NCBI GenBank assembly: GCA_021432655.1
Contig: MU271523.1
Coordinates: 1 to 50,856, forward strand
DNA length: 50,856 nucleotides
Reading direction: 5' to 3'
DNA from: Atractiella rhizophila
Lineage: Eukaryota
Shown here: piece by piece, positions 15,853-29,098 of the stretch
Layout: each line of letters begins with the position of its first letter
How positions within the stretch are numbered: position 1 is the stretch's first letter
The notes under the pieces: generated by a model
What the model saw: only the letters and a program-made list of their open reading frames with translations
Databases searched by the model: none
What the model was told of the DNA's origin: nothing
Made by a program: the position numbers and the translations under genes

Positions 15853-16996
15853 CTACTTCAGTTCTCTCTCTATTCTTTCCTTCACCCCTCTTGCTACCAT
15901 TCTGGCGACCTCCAATTCAGTATCTACCTCTTCGTCATCTTCATCCGGCGCAAACATTTTGAGCTCCGGAGTTTTCTTCTCCGCGTCCGCTGACTCAACC
16001 TGAGTCGTTGTGAAAGTCGGAACTGGAGTTTGAGGCACATTTTCCTGCTCTTTCGATTTGGAGGTGGATGACCATCCTGACACCGTAGACGCAAGACTTT
16101 CGCGATCCGAATCGTATAGTGTGCGTGCACGAATCAACTGTTCATCCATCCAAAAGTCAATCAGTACTTCCCTGTCTAATGACGGGTCAAAATGTTGGTT
16201 GAAGACGCACCAATTCCCCCACTTCGACTTGTAACTCAATTCCGACCTTCCTCTTTAAAGCGTCTTGCAAGCGTTGAGTTGTGCCTTCCTCCACTATTCG
16301 TGCCTTCGATTCTTTGATCGTTTGCTCTCCAACTTCTACCTCCTGCTTGCTGTTATCGCTGTTATCGCTATTAATTCCAATTCCTTCTGTCAATTGAGAT
16401 TGAGGTAGGCTTGGAGGCAAGGAAGGTGTTTCCATCGATTCCTCGCTCTCTTTCTTGAAGGAATCCAACTCGCTCCCGACCCTCATGACGAAGAGGAAGT
16501 GTGCAAGTTCACTAAGCGATATTCGATCCGGAAGTTTCTTCCCTTCAGCCGCTGGTAATTTCTCTAGTGCGTTTCTCAGTCGTCCAAGCTCCTCTTCCCA
16601 TCCCTTGAAATCATCGTCCGATGGAGGAAAGAGGTCTTGCCAGCTGAATTCTTTCGAGAATAGCGGATCGAGAGAAAGGAAGAGTGCATGAAATGAATTA
16701 GGGTTCTCAGTCGTGTTTTCCGGTACCGCTCGCTCTTCTCCAGGAGTGGCACTTGAAGCAGAGCTTCGAAAGCTCGGTGCTTCGATGTTCGCCTGCCCGC
16801 GTGTCGCGTGGCGCGTTGGCGGTGGAGCGAACAGAAAAGGGGAATCCTCGTTCTCATCCTCGTCTCCATCAGGGCCCACGGATGCGGAGGGAGGAGGGGT
16901 AACGAGAATAGAGTTGAGCGCTTCTTGGTTGGACTGGGAAGTGAGATTGGAAATGTCAATTTCTGAGAGACGTTTGAGCAGCTTTTCGGGATCCAT
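15853..16996 (-). CDS. Hypothetical protein with acidic/low-complexity segments, probably two exons
   Basis: ORFs 16187..17248 (first ATG at 16996, MDPEKLL) and 15853..16239 can be joined by one intron within ~16140-16240. No family recognised; exact splice sites are uncertain. Confidence 0.65.
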
Positions 16997-17678
16997 CTTT
17001 GAAGCACGAATGGAGTAAGGGTCAGGAATGGGACACGTAAGTAACTGGGAGGAGTGGCTACTGTACACCAAACCCATTGGCACCTTGCAAACAGAGATCG
17101 AAAACTCACCTTGAACTATAGCGATAAGAGTTCTAAGCTCATATATTCCTTCGTGTATCTTTGAGATATATCCAACACAATCCACTAAGGCTAGAATATT
17201 TTCGATCTTAATGAAACGCGCTCGCGGTTCTAAGCTGGCGGTCGGCAAATGTCTTGTGCAAACTTCGGACAGTTATCAAGGAGGCAGTGTCCTGAGCAGA
17301 CAAGTACTCCCAGTATTGGACACGGCGGGTCTTCAGGTGAGTGATGTCTCCATATATTTCGAAAGTTCAGTCAGCCAGGCCATCAGACTGCGGCACAGGC
17401 AGAGTTCTGCCTTGATCTTACATGACGGGCAATAAGCACCTTAACACCTGTGAGCATAGACGCTGCATGATGTGTGATGCATGTGATCAGGGTGTATTCC
17501 TCCTCTATTGATAAAATAAAGTAGTGAGAAAATGCGAGGAATTGTTTCGCATGAGGAGTCCTCCCGTTGTTCTTTTCCTTTCTGTTCGCCAATTTAGTAT
17601 CATACTCACATGTTCACATCTGGGTCACCTTTAGAATAACTTGAGAGTTACTCATCGTCTCCCTTCATTAATTTCAGA

Positions 17679-19430
17679 ATGGACGAACATGCCACCTTGA
17701 TGGAAAAGGTTGACCAAGTTTCCTCAAATGAAGGTATGTTTTATGATTAGGCTGGTGTAGGATGTCAACGGGAACGGGGGGCAGAAGTCAAATATCGGAT
17801 TTTTTTGCTGCCAGAAATTCTCTATTGTATATTTGAGCAACTCCACCATGATTACTACAGCCAATGGACTCTGTTACTCAGAGTTTGTCGCCAATTTAAC
17901 GATATCATCAGACGAGATTTTATGATCAGAACTCTCGCACTTCCTCATGTTCTAACTGCCAGACTGACCCGTCGAATGAAGAAAACGCATGTTTTTGGTG
18001 TCCTTTCCCTTCTTCGCAGAGACGACGGCACACGATCTCGCGTCCGCTTTCTGTACCTCCAATCTGATGCCCGGCAACTTCTGGAGGACAAAGGCTTGTG
18101 GGAAGCGACCCAAGAGGTTCTGGACCTTATATCCAACGATGTGCGTAGTTGTCAGGTTTTCAACAGATCCGACGCTTGCACCATTACACTCCCAGGATTC
18201 CCCAATCTCCGTCACCTGTTCCTCCGGTCAACAAATCACGGAAACTTTGGTGTCAACTTCGACCTTCCTTTTCTCAGTGAATCGAACGCTTCTTTGCGCG
18301 AACTTGAGGTCTATGGACGGATACTGCCCTCGTTTGGTCAAAAGGGACCTCTGCCTATTTTCCCAAATCTAAAACGGATTCAGTATCAAAGTTGCACAAT
18401 TGACAGAACGGTAGACTTATCTTGGAAGGAGATGTTGGCACATTCTGCTCAATCCGTCCGAATCCTCGATTTTTCTATCGATCGTGTACATGAACATTGG
18501 AAACCAGCCATCGAGTTGCTTCATCTATTTAGAGACTCCGTTCAGGAGCTTAACATCAAGTTTCGAGTGCTGACGAATCGTTTCGATCACGTCGATCCTC
18601 TCCCCGCTCTCCCATACCTCCAAAGACTTCAACTTTGGATTATAGATAGGGGTGGCGCATTAGAGGCGATTCCCATCTCAGATATAGTTCCTTATATGCG
18701 TCAGTCCACTCAGCTCGAGGACGTGGAAGTTATAGGCTCCTGTACCTTCTATTTCCCTGCAACTCAGGCGCAAGCAGCCAATGCTCTCCCAGCTAAAGTT
18801 CTGGACTTTCGACGCGGAGGTCCCGTTGACCACCTATCGTTCCGCAAATTATTTGCCCCATACGCAAGTTTGCAAACGCTCCGAGTTCATTATCGATTAT
18901 TCAACAGACATGGCACACGGACAGGGAGCCATGCACATACAGCCAATGTCCTTCTCGAGCTCGCCAGCTCTCAGTATGCTCCGCGGCTCCATGTTTCACT
19001 CCTTGTCAGTGGCTTGGCTCATCTCACACATAACATGAAGGCGAACGAAAACCTGGAGAGGATGGATGCTTGTGCGGCAGAAGTTTGTGCTACCTTATCA
19101 TCATTGCTTCACTTCCGTTCCGTCTTCCTCGAGGCCGACCACCTATATCTCCTCGACATATTAGGGAAAGCCATATCCTCGAAAGCACGGCCAAACATTA
19201 AGACTCTCGACTTGCTTTGTGACCTGGATTCCGCTGCAGAAGCAAGTTGTGACGTTCAACGTGTAGTCAAACTCGTTCTTGGGGAAAACCTTAACGCAAT
19301 GCCATCCTTGGAAGGCCTTTCTATGTATCTTTCCGGCATACAATACGATGACGAGCAGATATACCCTCTACAGGCGGAACTCGCTTCTCATGGCATCAGG
19401 TGGACGCCCTGGACTGAAGTAGACCGTTGA
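17679..19430 (+). CDS. F-box protein with LRR-like C-terminal region
   Basis: ATG 17679 is in frame with the 541-aa ORF; a 51-nt GT-AG intron (17734-17784) removes the intervening stop. F-box-like LLPEILYCIFEQL...LLRVCRQFNDII, followed by LRR-like repeats (FPNLRHLFL, LRELEV, FPNLKRIQ, LPYLQRLQL, MPSLEGLSM). Confidence 0.8.
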
Positions 19431-21148
19431 AGAATGAGCGCCTAAATAAACTTGGGAAAGGTCATTGTGTGATGGGTTCGATGTTGAATCAAGAATCTGA
19501 AAGAACTGAACGGAATGTGCTAGTCCAATCGCTTGCTTCCGAAATGCCTTGAGGATATTGTTGATTATCATCCTCATGAGATACGCCCGTTGTGGTGCTG
19601 GCAAAACTCTTGGATTACCAGGAAAGTAAGACACACACTTGAAAATGGCAAATCTTACGAATTTAGTAACTTGATTTTTCAGTAGAACGAGGATGTCATT
19701 TATTGTGCCTGAAGTTTCAGAGAAGACATCAAACAGACTTGCGTTAATCCATCGCTGTGCACCTTCTGAGCCAGGATGGGAAGGAAGTAAGAAAGAGAGG
19801 ATTCGTTGAGTCCTCATGATCCTTCTCCATCTCCATATCGAATAATCGTCTAACGTTCAAGGGAGGAGATCACGCAATCATATCCATTCCTTTTGTATGG
19901 TTGAATGACAATGAACAAGTTGCGTGGGCAATCATTGCAGATGCTGACAACCGTTGACAAAGGACTGGAATCCCTTCCACGCTTCAATATTGGCGTCGCA
20001 GAAAATCTCTCCCGAGGACTTGCAGCAAAACGCTGAAGGTTTGAAGCGGATATATGATCATGCATATGGCTTTTTGAGACTGGCAAGAACCTATTGCCCT
20101 GCTCACTCTTACTTTATTCAGGTTGGTCTCGGAGACACAGATGGTAACATCCTGTGCTGGCAAATGAGAGCTTTGAGGAAGTTTGACTGATAAACAATGT
20201 GAGTTCCTGACAGCACATCAAGATCGGGCTTGATGTAGATACCAGCTCATTAATGTGAGGACATGGTCTTGCAGATTTGTGAACGTTAGAGTGCAAATTT
20301 TGCGAATCCAACTGGATGACACAATGGGACTAGCTGGCATAAGACTTAAACGGAGTGACGACGAACTCTAGCCTAACTAGGGTCGTAAGTGTATGTGTGC
20401 TGCAACTGGTGGAAGATTCAAAGTACCGTCGCACATCTCAAAGGGGGTTTATGATTGGAGCCAACCTTGGCACTCATTCCATCTGTCTTGATCGGTACCA
20501 TTGACGAATCATCGCAGGATGTCAACGCACCGAAATGTTTTTTTTTCGAGAACCGATCATGATTTACACCGATGAGGGGACAGCGTCCATCTTAACACTG
20601 CTCTAGAAGTGTAGAGCGGAAACTTCAGAGAATAAACCGTGTTCTTATTGGGAGTCAATGTCGAATGCAAGCTCTTGAGCAAGAATGGTTCTGACGTCCT
20701 GAACTAACACTATGAGCTAGTAACGCTCTCTCCCTTTCGAGACAGATAGTTCTGCATTGCAGGGAGATAAACGAACGAAACGAACCATACTAACCATGCT
20801 TCCAGATAAACCGTTACTAAAATACATACCAATTCCTGCTTTCTTCAGAAAGAGGAGCAGTTACCCCTTCGACTAAGTCTATCAGGATGTTATTTCCAGC
20901 TCTCGTCTCATCCGCACTTGGCAATAGATCATTTTGATAATGAAAATTTGCGATGGTGGTCGTGGTCGATCTTTGGTTCTCTCGGCGAAGTAAATTCAGT
21001 TAAGCAGCAAGTAGCAACTATTCGACCAACATCTTCTCCATGCAGCTGCACGTCCAAATACTCTCAGCGTCAGCGAGCTCTCAATAGTTGCATAACGAGC
21101 CAAAATACGCCAGGCTCCTACTTTTTGTGCGAGCACGACTGAGCGAAG

Positions 21149-24100
21149 ATGTCGTGGGAGCCAACGACTAAGATATGCTACGGCTTCGCAGTGTTCCCAT
21201 TCTCACCTATCTCTCCCTCTCAGAGCTTGGAACAAGGTCTCCTAGATGCATCGCAGGCAGAAGAAATAGTCCTACACCAGGTGCGCTGTTCATACTCTCC
21301 CCAATGACACGGGAAGCGTTGGGAGTAACGTTGACATGTTAACATTTCTGTTGGTGCAAGGTGCCATTGGAGGTTGGAGACGAAGTATATGTCTTTGAGC
21401 ATTATTCTCCTTCAAAAGGAAAAGAGGCTCCTTGGTATCGCGGCTACGTGGTATCCTCCTACAGACCATCCAGTTCCCTCCCAACTTCTTCCCTCTCAGA
21501 CCCTTCCATCTCCTCCCTCTCAGCAACCCGACTTGCACCATCAAATCCAGCCGAAGAACCACAAGTATTTGTCGGCATCTTTCCTTCGACCCATGTACAG
21601 ATAAGAGAGGAGCTAGAAGATGCGGAGAGGCGGTTAGAGGAACTCGCAGCTCAAGTCCAGGGACAAGAGAAAGAGGAGAAGCGGGTCGAGAGGAGCGGGA
21701 GCGTGCGACGAGTGAACGGGGTGGCGCCTATGGAACCACTGAAGGAAGAGGAAGAAGAGGATCTCGCTTCCGCCGTCACCCCTTCCTTCCCTTCCCTCGC
21801 TTCAAGGAGGACGAGTAAAGCTCTTATCCCCAGTAATCGATCATCAATATCTGCTTTCTCTCAACTCCTCAACGGATCCGCTAACGCCGCCAATCAACCA
21901 GGACGCGCTTATTCTGGTGTAGAAGACGAAACGTTTGAACAGAGACCGCCTCCTCCCCTACCATCCCTCAAGTGTGGCGACGAGACACTTTCTGGCTTCT
22001 CCGAACCTTTGGTGGACGAAATCGCGTGCGCGTTGAGAGAATGGAGTTCGTTGCTTTTCACGCACTTGCATCGAAGAGAGTATGCGCTCTTCAACCTCGT
22101 GCGAGGACACATCGAGGCGTTGCATACGGGGAGGAAGCATCTGTTGTCAGGTAGTCTGGGGACGGAGGAGGTGATGAGGCTGAGAAGAGAGTGTGTGCGA
22201 AGGTTAGTGAGAGGGAACGTCTGTCAAGGCCTCGAGGTCATCGTCCGCCATCCGGTATGGGGAGCCCTCGTCACTGTAGACACGACGGATGATAGTGGAA
22301 AGTTCCCAGAAGGGGCGGAGGAAGAGGTGGATGAAAGGTCATGGGTGTCTGCGATCCGGATGTACGCCATGCAAGTTGCACTGGCTTATGGAGTAGGACT
22401 AGAAGACGGAGAGACAGGCGGAGCTGGAGGGAGGGAACGAGATGCCGCCCCAACGAGTATGAATGCTGCCGTTCTCAATACGAGCGCGTCGAATCCGCGT
22501 CTCGCTCTTCCAAACGAAGTGGGAGCGAAGAGGCGGGGAAAGGTGGGATGGAAAGGACGGAACGAGTCTATCGACACCATCCTTCCCACGTCCAAGGACA
22601 AGAACACTGGGAAGGAGGATCGGGCCAAATTCAACCATGCGTTTTTGGACGTTCGAGCCTTCGTTGGGTCTCTGGCTTCTGCTGGAGAACTTGTCGAGTT
22701 GTACTTCAGTCTTTACAACAAGTCGGACTCTAGGTTCCTCACTGAGGAGTTCTGCGTGGTTCTCAATCACCATGGAGCGCCGGCGCGAGAAGCGGAAGGG
22801 CGGTTGGGGATGTTGCGAACCCTCTTTCGTGATTTGAGCAGCCACGATCTCATGGATCAGATCTTTCTGGTGTGCAAGGTGGTAAAGAATGGAGGCATGA
22901 AGGTGGAGAAGAACCCAACTGGTCTCGTTGCGAACGGAGGAGGAGGAGGAGGAAACGGGATGCTTGCACCACCACAACCGACAAATGGAGGAGAGACCGC
23001 GAGCTTCGATTCCAATATTACTATGGCTTTCAATTCCACCGGTCCCTCCATGGTCAACACCTCTCGTACTGGCGCGCAGACGTTTCGAAGGCCATTTGGA
23101 TGCGCGGTGCTTGAAATTTCTCAGTTCAATAAGCACGGTTCTGCATCTGTGGGGGAAAGTCTCGCAGGCAAAGAACACTCCATGCCAATCTTCGTCCCTG
23201 CTAACGAAGCCGCTTTTTCCACCTTACATGAAGATATCATAGCGTCACGTATCAAGGAAATCGAGAAGAGCCCCCGTGCTGAGTCCGTCGTCGTCTCCGT
23301 CAGGATCTTTCATGGCGAAGCAGAGCAGATCGTGAAGGAAAACCCATCCTTACTTCAAGACGCCCCTCTTACTCAAAGACTCGGGTTTCCAGATGTCGTC
23401 TTTCCAGGAGATCAGAGGAACGAGGTGTATATCAAACTTTGGAGTGGGGATTTTACGAGCGGAAGTGGAGGGCAGGGAGGACTCAGATTTAGTAGGATGA
23501 TGGATAACGCGGCGGGTGGGACGAGGAATATCGAAGTTTCAGCAGAGGTCAGAAAGAGGGATGGAGGCGTGCTGGATCGTGCTATCAGCAGAGGGACCGG
23601 AGAGCCCAGGGTGTCACAGTACAATAGTATGGTATTTAAGGGCAACAATATCCCGAGTACGTCTTTCCTTTTTTCTCTACCCTTCTGCCTTTCCCCACGC
23701 TTGAAGGAGGCGATCGACTGATGTCACGGCGGGCACAGCTTGGGGCGAGCTCATGAAACTCGACATTCCAATGGAACTCATGGAAATCTGTCATCTCTTC
23801 TTTACTTTCAGGAACCGCAACCCAAAGTCCTCCTCCTCATCCAGCGTCGAGAAGCCGTTTGGCTTTGCCTATCTCCCTCTTTTCCCTGACGGGCCAGCAT
23901 TCATCGCTGATGGGTCACATCCCCTCGTTATTTACAAGTACGAGCGACAGTACGCAACCCCGCAGGTTTACTTCCAAGCGCCTTATCTCGCGAATCCTGG
24001 CCAAATGCCGACTATCCCACCTAGCGTGTCCAAAGCTCTCTCGCCGCTCCGAGATAGTATGGTGATTCGAAGTTTCCTTTGCTCAACTAAATACACGCAG

Positions 24101-27100
24101 AATGAAGTCCTCCTCAAAGTCCTCAACTGGGAGAAGCAGCTCCTCGGAAATGCGGACGAGCTCAAGACTACCCTGACCAAACTAAGATTCTGCAGCGAGG
24201 TCGAAGTGTGCAAGTTCCTCCGGAGTGAGCGTTTCCTGCCTATTCTTTCTTTACTGCTGACATGCCCTGTAGACATTTTCGATGCACTTTTCGGTATTCT
24301 TTCCTCTGTCCAGAATCAAGCTGGAGAAGTCGACGACCTCGTCTTCAATGCCTTTGTCACCATTCTAGGAATCGTCTCAGATCGCCGATTCTCCAACTTC
24401 CGTCCCGTCCTTGACGTATACGTCGAACGGCACTTCTCCAATTCTACCGCTTGGTCACATATCCTCAAGTCCCTTAGCCACCTCCTCTCCGATCCAGCAG
24501 GAACAGAAGCTGGTCAGACCCTTCGATCGGCCATCAAGGTCTGGCATTACCTCTTCAAATTCGTGGTCCGCTCGAGGGAAATCCAGAAATCGAAGGATGT
24601 AGGAATGGGAGTTACGGCAGATCATCTCCAGTCGAAATTCAAACAACAGCTTTCTGACCTCCTCTCAGACGTTAATGGCTTGATGCGCGCCATGTCCCCA
24701 AACTCAATAATTGGCACACAAACTTTAGCGGTCCAGCATTTCGCAGCGATCATTCCGGATCTGAAGAAGTGCTTTACGGATGAGGAGTTAGTAGATATCG
24801 TTGTTGCTTTCGGAGATGCCATTGTTGGACAGAAGGGCAAGATTGTAATCTGGAAACTTCTCTTCCAGACTCAGCTCATCAACAGTATCCTTTTTGAGCC
24901 TCCAGCTTCCCGCGCAACCTTAGTCCCGAACATCGTTCGATGGATCAAAGGCCACTTGGGTCGTTTTGACGAACTCTCAATGACTTCTCCTAAAGATACG
25001 GAGGCAACAAAAGACGCTGCTCGAGTTGGATGGTTGGAAGGCGTTCGCTTAGGTGTTGCGACTATCGCTGCCATGTTGGATCGATTGCACGAAGCCCTTA
25101 TTGACCCTGTCATACGGAACAATCGTTCCTTACTGGGTCAGGAACAAGACAACGTCGAATACGTTCTAGGCCTCCTCCCCCGCTTACTAGATTCATACAG
25201 CGAGCTTCAAAACACCCTCAACCTTCAGTCTATCGAAAGGCACCGCTCCACTACATCGGTAGTTTCCAACCTACCTGTCACCTTCCCTTCTTCATACCCT
25301 TTTCCCATCCTCTCCTATCCACCCGAAAGTATCAAAGGAAGCTCACGAACGTCAAAGTCAGTCGGTCGGCCAGATCTTCAAAACGCAGTTGGCGAAATCG
25401 CCGTTGTGCTGCTTGTCATGATCCTCCTCTCTCCTATCAAAATCCTGAACAATTTCTTTTCTGGGGCCTTGGAAGTTGAAGGGAAGGACAATCTTGCTAG
25501 ATTTCTCTCCAGTTTCTTCCAAGTCTCAACGTCAATACTCGAAAACGAAGCGTTCCCCTCAGATTGGCTCAACATCAATGTACTCGCTCATCGTGTTGTG
25601 GTCAAGCTTGTTGGGCCTGTTGCCGATCTTCTCGAGAAGAACTTCATTCCTCCGACCGCTCAATCCTACACATTCAACACATCTCTGTGGCGAAGTTTCT
25701 TTGAGATGGTTTTGAAACTCTTGGCCAGTCCGCAACTGGTAATCGAAGAGTTCAGTCCTCAGAAACGTCGAGCGGTCTGGCGATTGGCAGGCGATATCAG
25801 GGGCGAAGGGGCTGCCGTTTTGCTACGATTATGGGATGCGATTGGATGGCCAGAAGAGCGCTCGAATGGAAGTGCACCGGTTACTCGATTCGGTGGATAC
25901 CAGGTTCAGTTCATCCCCGCGCTCGTTGAAGGAGTACTCGAACTGTGCCTATCGCATCACGACGAGCTTCGAAACAACGCAGTTCACGTCCTTTACAGTA
26001 TGATTGTCAGTGAATGGCATCTCAATGACGACTTTGCTGTAATCGAAGCGGAGGTCATTGACCGCTTAGACAAGCTCTTCATGTCTCAGACGAAAGGAGA
26101 CGAGATATCACGAGCATTTTTCATTAGTCAATTGCGCGCATTGTTTGATTCAGCCTCGATCGATGACCGGTTACGAGAACAGGTATCGGCGTTCCTGGAA
26201 TCCGTCAACCAGTTCTTGGACCTCCTCTTAGCCATTCGAAACCTGCCAGAAGGCGAAGAGGTTTGTGCCGCTATTCTTCTTCGGGTCAAGAACTGACTGT
26301 TCTTCGCAGTGGTTGGATGATCGAATCATTGGCACACTGAAACTTATGTCTTTCATCCGAGGGATTGGAAGATCAGAGATGTGAATATGAGATCCAATGC
26401 CTTTCGCTGAGGCTGACTATTTCCTATAGCTTCGTTCGCTACGTCAATCGTCTAGTCGGATATCATGTTGCGTCAGGTCTGTACCTCATCATCCTATACT
26501 TTTGTGCTGAAGGAAAGAAAGGCAATGAAACGGAAGCTGGACTCACGCTCAAATTGCACGCTGATCTGCACTCTTGGGATTTCAATACCTTCTGCGACCC
26601 TATACCCGACCTTCGACTTCCACGGCAGAGCGATTTTGCACGTAAGGAGACCTTGTACATGCGGATCCTGGAACACCTTGCCAAAGGCAAGGCTTGGGAG
26701 TGTGCTATTGAGATTTGCAAGGAGCTCCAGTTTCAATACGAACATCGTTCTTTCAATTATGAACGTTTGGCAGAGTTGCTGGTTCATGAAGCGGAGCTGT
26801 ATGCAAGCATTGTGAAATCGGATCGTTATTTCAGGTTGGTTGTTTCCTTACCTTCACTGATTCGATGCATGACGGGCTGATTGCGATGCCATTCGTTAGC
26901 GAATACTTTCGGGTCGCTTTCTACGGCAACCGCTTCCCAGCCTCCGTTCAGAACAAACAGTTCATATACCGGGGTCTGGAATGGGAGAAGTTTTCGGCCT
27001 TCTGCGAGCGGTTACAAAACAAGCATCCCAATGCCCAGCTCTTGAAGACGAACACTCTCCCACCAGAGGAGGTTCAGTACGCCGACGGTCAATTCCTCCA

Positions 27101-28264
27101 AATCACATCAGTTAACCCTGAACCCGATTACACGTCTCCTATATTCCAAAGTGCGGAAGTCCCTCAAGCCATCAAGACATATTACGAGCACAATGCTACT
27201 AATACCTTCTCATTTACGCGACCCGTAAAGAAGGAGAATAGAGGACTGCAAAGGGTAACCAACGACTTCGTTAATCTATGGACGGAGAAGACAGTCTTGA
27301 TTTGTGAAGATGCATTTCCGACGGTATTGAGGAGGAGCGAGGTCGTGGAGGTGAGGATTGTGGAATTAAGTCCCATAGAGAATGCTCTCTCGTCTGTGGA
27401 GAAGAAAACGGCGGAGCTGGAGAGTTTGGAGAAGCGCTATCTCAGTTTAAGTAAGACCAGTGAGGGGAAGATCAACACAAACGTCCTCAGTATGGCGCTT
27501 AACGGAGCGGTCGATGCACCAGTCAATGGCGGAATTCCTATGTACCGCAAAGGTTCGTGTCCCTGATGTTTTCATATGGAAGATAGTGATAAGTATGACT
27601 GGACAGCGTTCTTTGGCTCTGATTTTATCTTAGCCAATCCAGATAAAGCTTACCTCGTCAAGCGACTACAAGAAGCAATCGAAGCCCAGGTTAAAACACT
27701 AGATCGTTGCATGCGTTTGCACGAGATGCTGGCTCCACCAGAGATGAAGCCGTTCCATCTCACGTTAAAACAATGTTTGTCCATTCCACTCCTCCATCTA
27801 GCGCATCTAATTGATCATTTTATCTCTTTATAGTCTTCGAGCGAAACTTCGCAGAAGAAATCGCACGCCTGCCACCTGAACCCTATTCTCCACCCAATCC
27901 CCCTATCTCGAATGGTATTGCGATCACAACCAATCCGTCTGAGCCTCCCTCTGCTCGCGCCTCTTTGAGTCGAAACCGCTCCAACTCCGCCACAACATAC
28001 CAGAGCACTCAATCAGCCGCCGTGACAGGAGGTGGAAAGAAAGCCGAGAGATCATTTACCCTTCCACCCGTGGTCACTGGAAACCAGAGTCAAGGTGTAG
28101 GGAAGGTACCGGCCTTCTATGAGAAGTGGAATAGTGGAGGAAGCATGGATGGGCATTCAGGAGTGGGAAGGGAGGGTACCATTCGCTCCGTGACTAGTCA
28201 AGGATCGACAGGAGGGAGTGCGTTATCGAGGATAGGCGGAAGCTTGAGGTGGAAGAGAGGGTAA
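21149..28264 (+). CDS. DOCK-family (Dock180/Dck1-type) Rac guanine-nucleotide exchange factor: SH3, DOCK_N, C2-DOCK (DHR1) and DHR2
   Basis: SH3-like start (GFAVFPF...PLEVGDEVYVFE...WYRGYV...VGIFP), EPLVDEIACALREW, FRRPFGCAVL, RNEVYIKLWSG, HLFFTFR, FGFAYLPL, EYFRVAFYG.RFP...NKQFIYRG, FPTVLRRSEV, LSMALNGAVDAPVNGGIPMY. Confidence 0.95.
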
Positions 28265-29098
28265 AATAATAACAGGATTCTGTTCGTTCGACTGATTAGT
28301 TACGTTTTACGATCTGATGGTCGGATTTCCACGTTGAGTTAGAAGTTCTTCTAATGATTTCTGTGGTTAAATTTGAAGGGCTTTGTTTTGGACAAGTGTT
28401 GTGCTCGATCGTTACTAATTCGTTGAATTTCTGTTCCTTCCCTTTCGTTGACTGTAGTCTGACAAAGCAGTATTTCTTGCATTTTATCGTTTGCCCTATT
28501 CTGTTATAAGGCACAGCGGATTTGAAGCAACCAACAAGTCCGTCACTAGGCGACAGATCTGCGAGGATAAAGAAGGATAAGGATCACAAATCGCAATCAT
28601 ATCATGTAGCTCACCTTCTCTTTACCAGAAAGGACGGATTGCAAAGCGCAGTAACTCCCTCGAAAAAGGATACGATTTATGTCATTGGGTAAGAACGTTG
28701 TGATATGGCAGCTTGAATGCTATTCAGCTCTGTGAAGGGTACGTTATTATACTATGTTGAATTCAAGTTCTGTGGCATCTGCGCCAGTAGTTTTCTTAAT
28801 CTAGATGATAGTGTTTCTGTTGTGAGAACAAGTGACACTTATCGGACACACTGCCTATCTGCCTATCCCAGTGTTTGAAAAGGCTCAGACGTTCTTCAAA
28901 CTTCAAACCATGCGACACCGTTTTGTCAATCTTTTACAATGGCTGGTCAGCTAGCCTAAACTGCAAACAATTTGCTTGTCTTTCGCGTGACCGTTCTGTA
29001 TATCTCAACTCGTTATACCCTCCACGAACACACGCCGAGTTCTACTTTCACGTTCCTATGGATCATTACTGACTCTCCTCGTCTGGGTCCAAGCTCGA

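Noticed and set aside
22399..23178. 259-aa minus-strand ORF
   Set aside because: Antisense to the well-supported DOCK exon, with no recognisable motifs.
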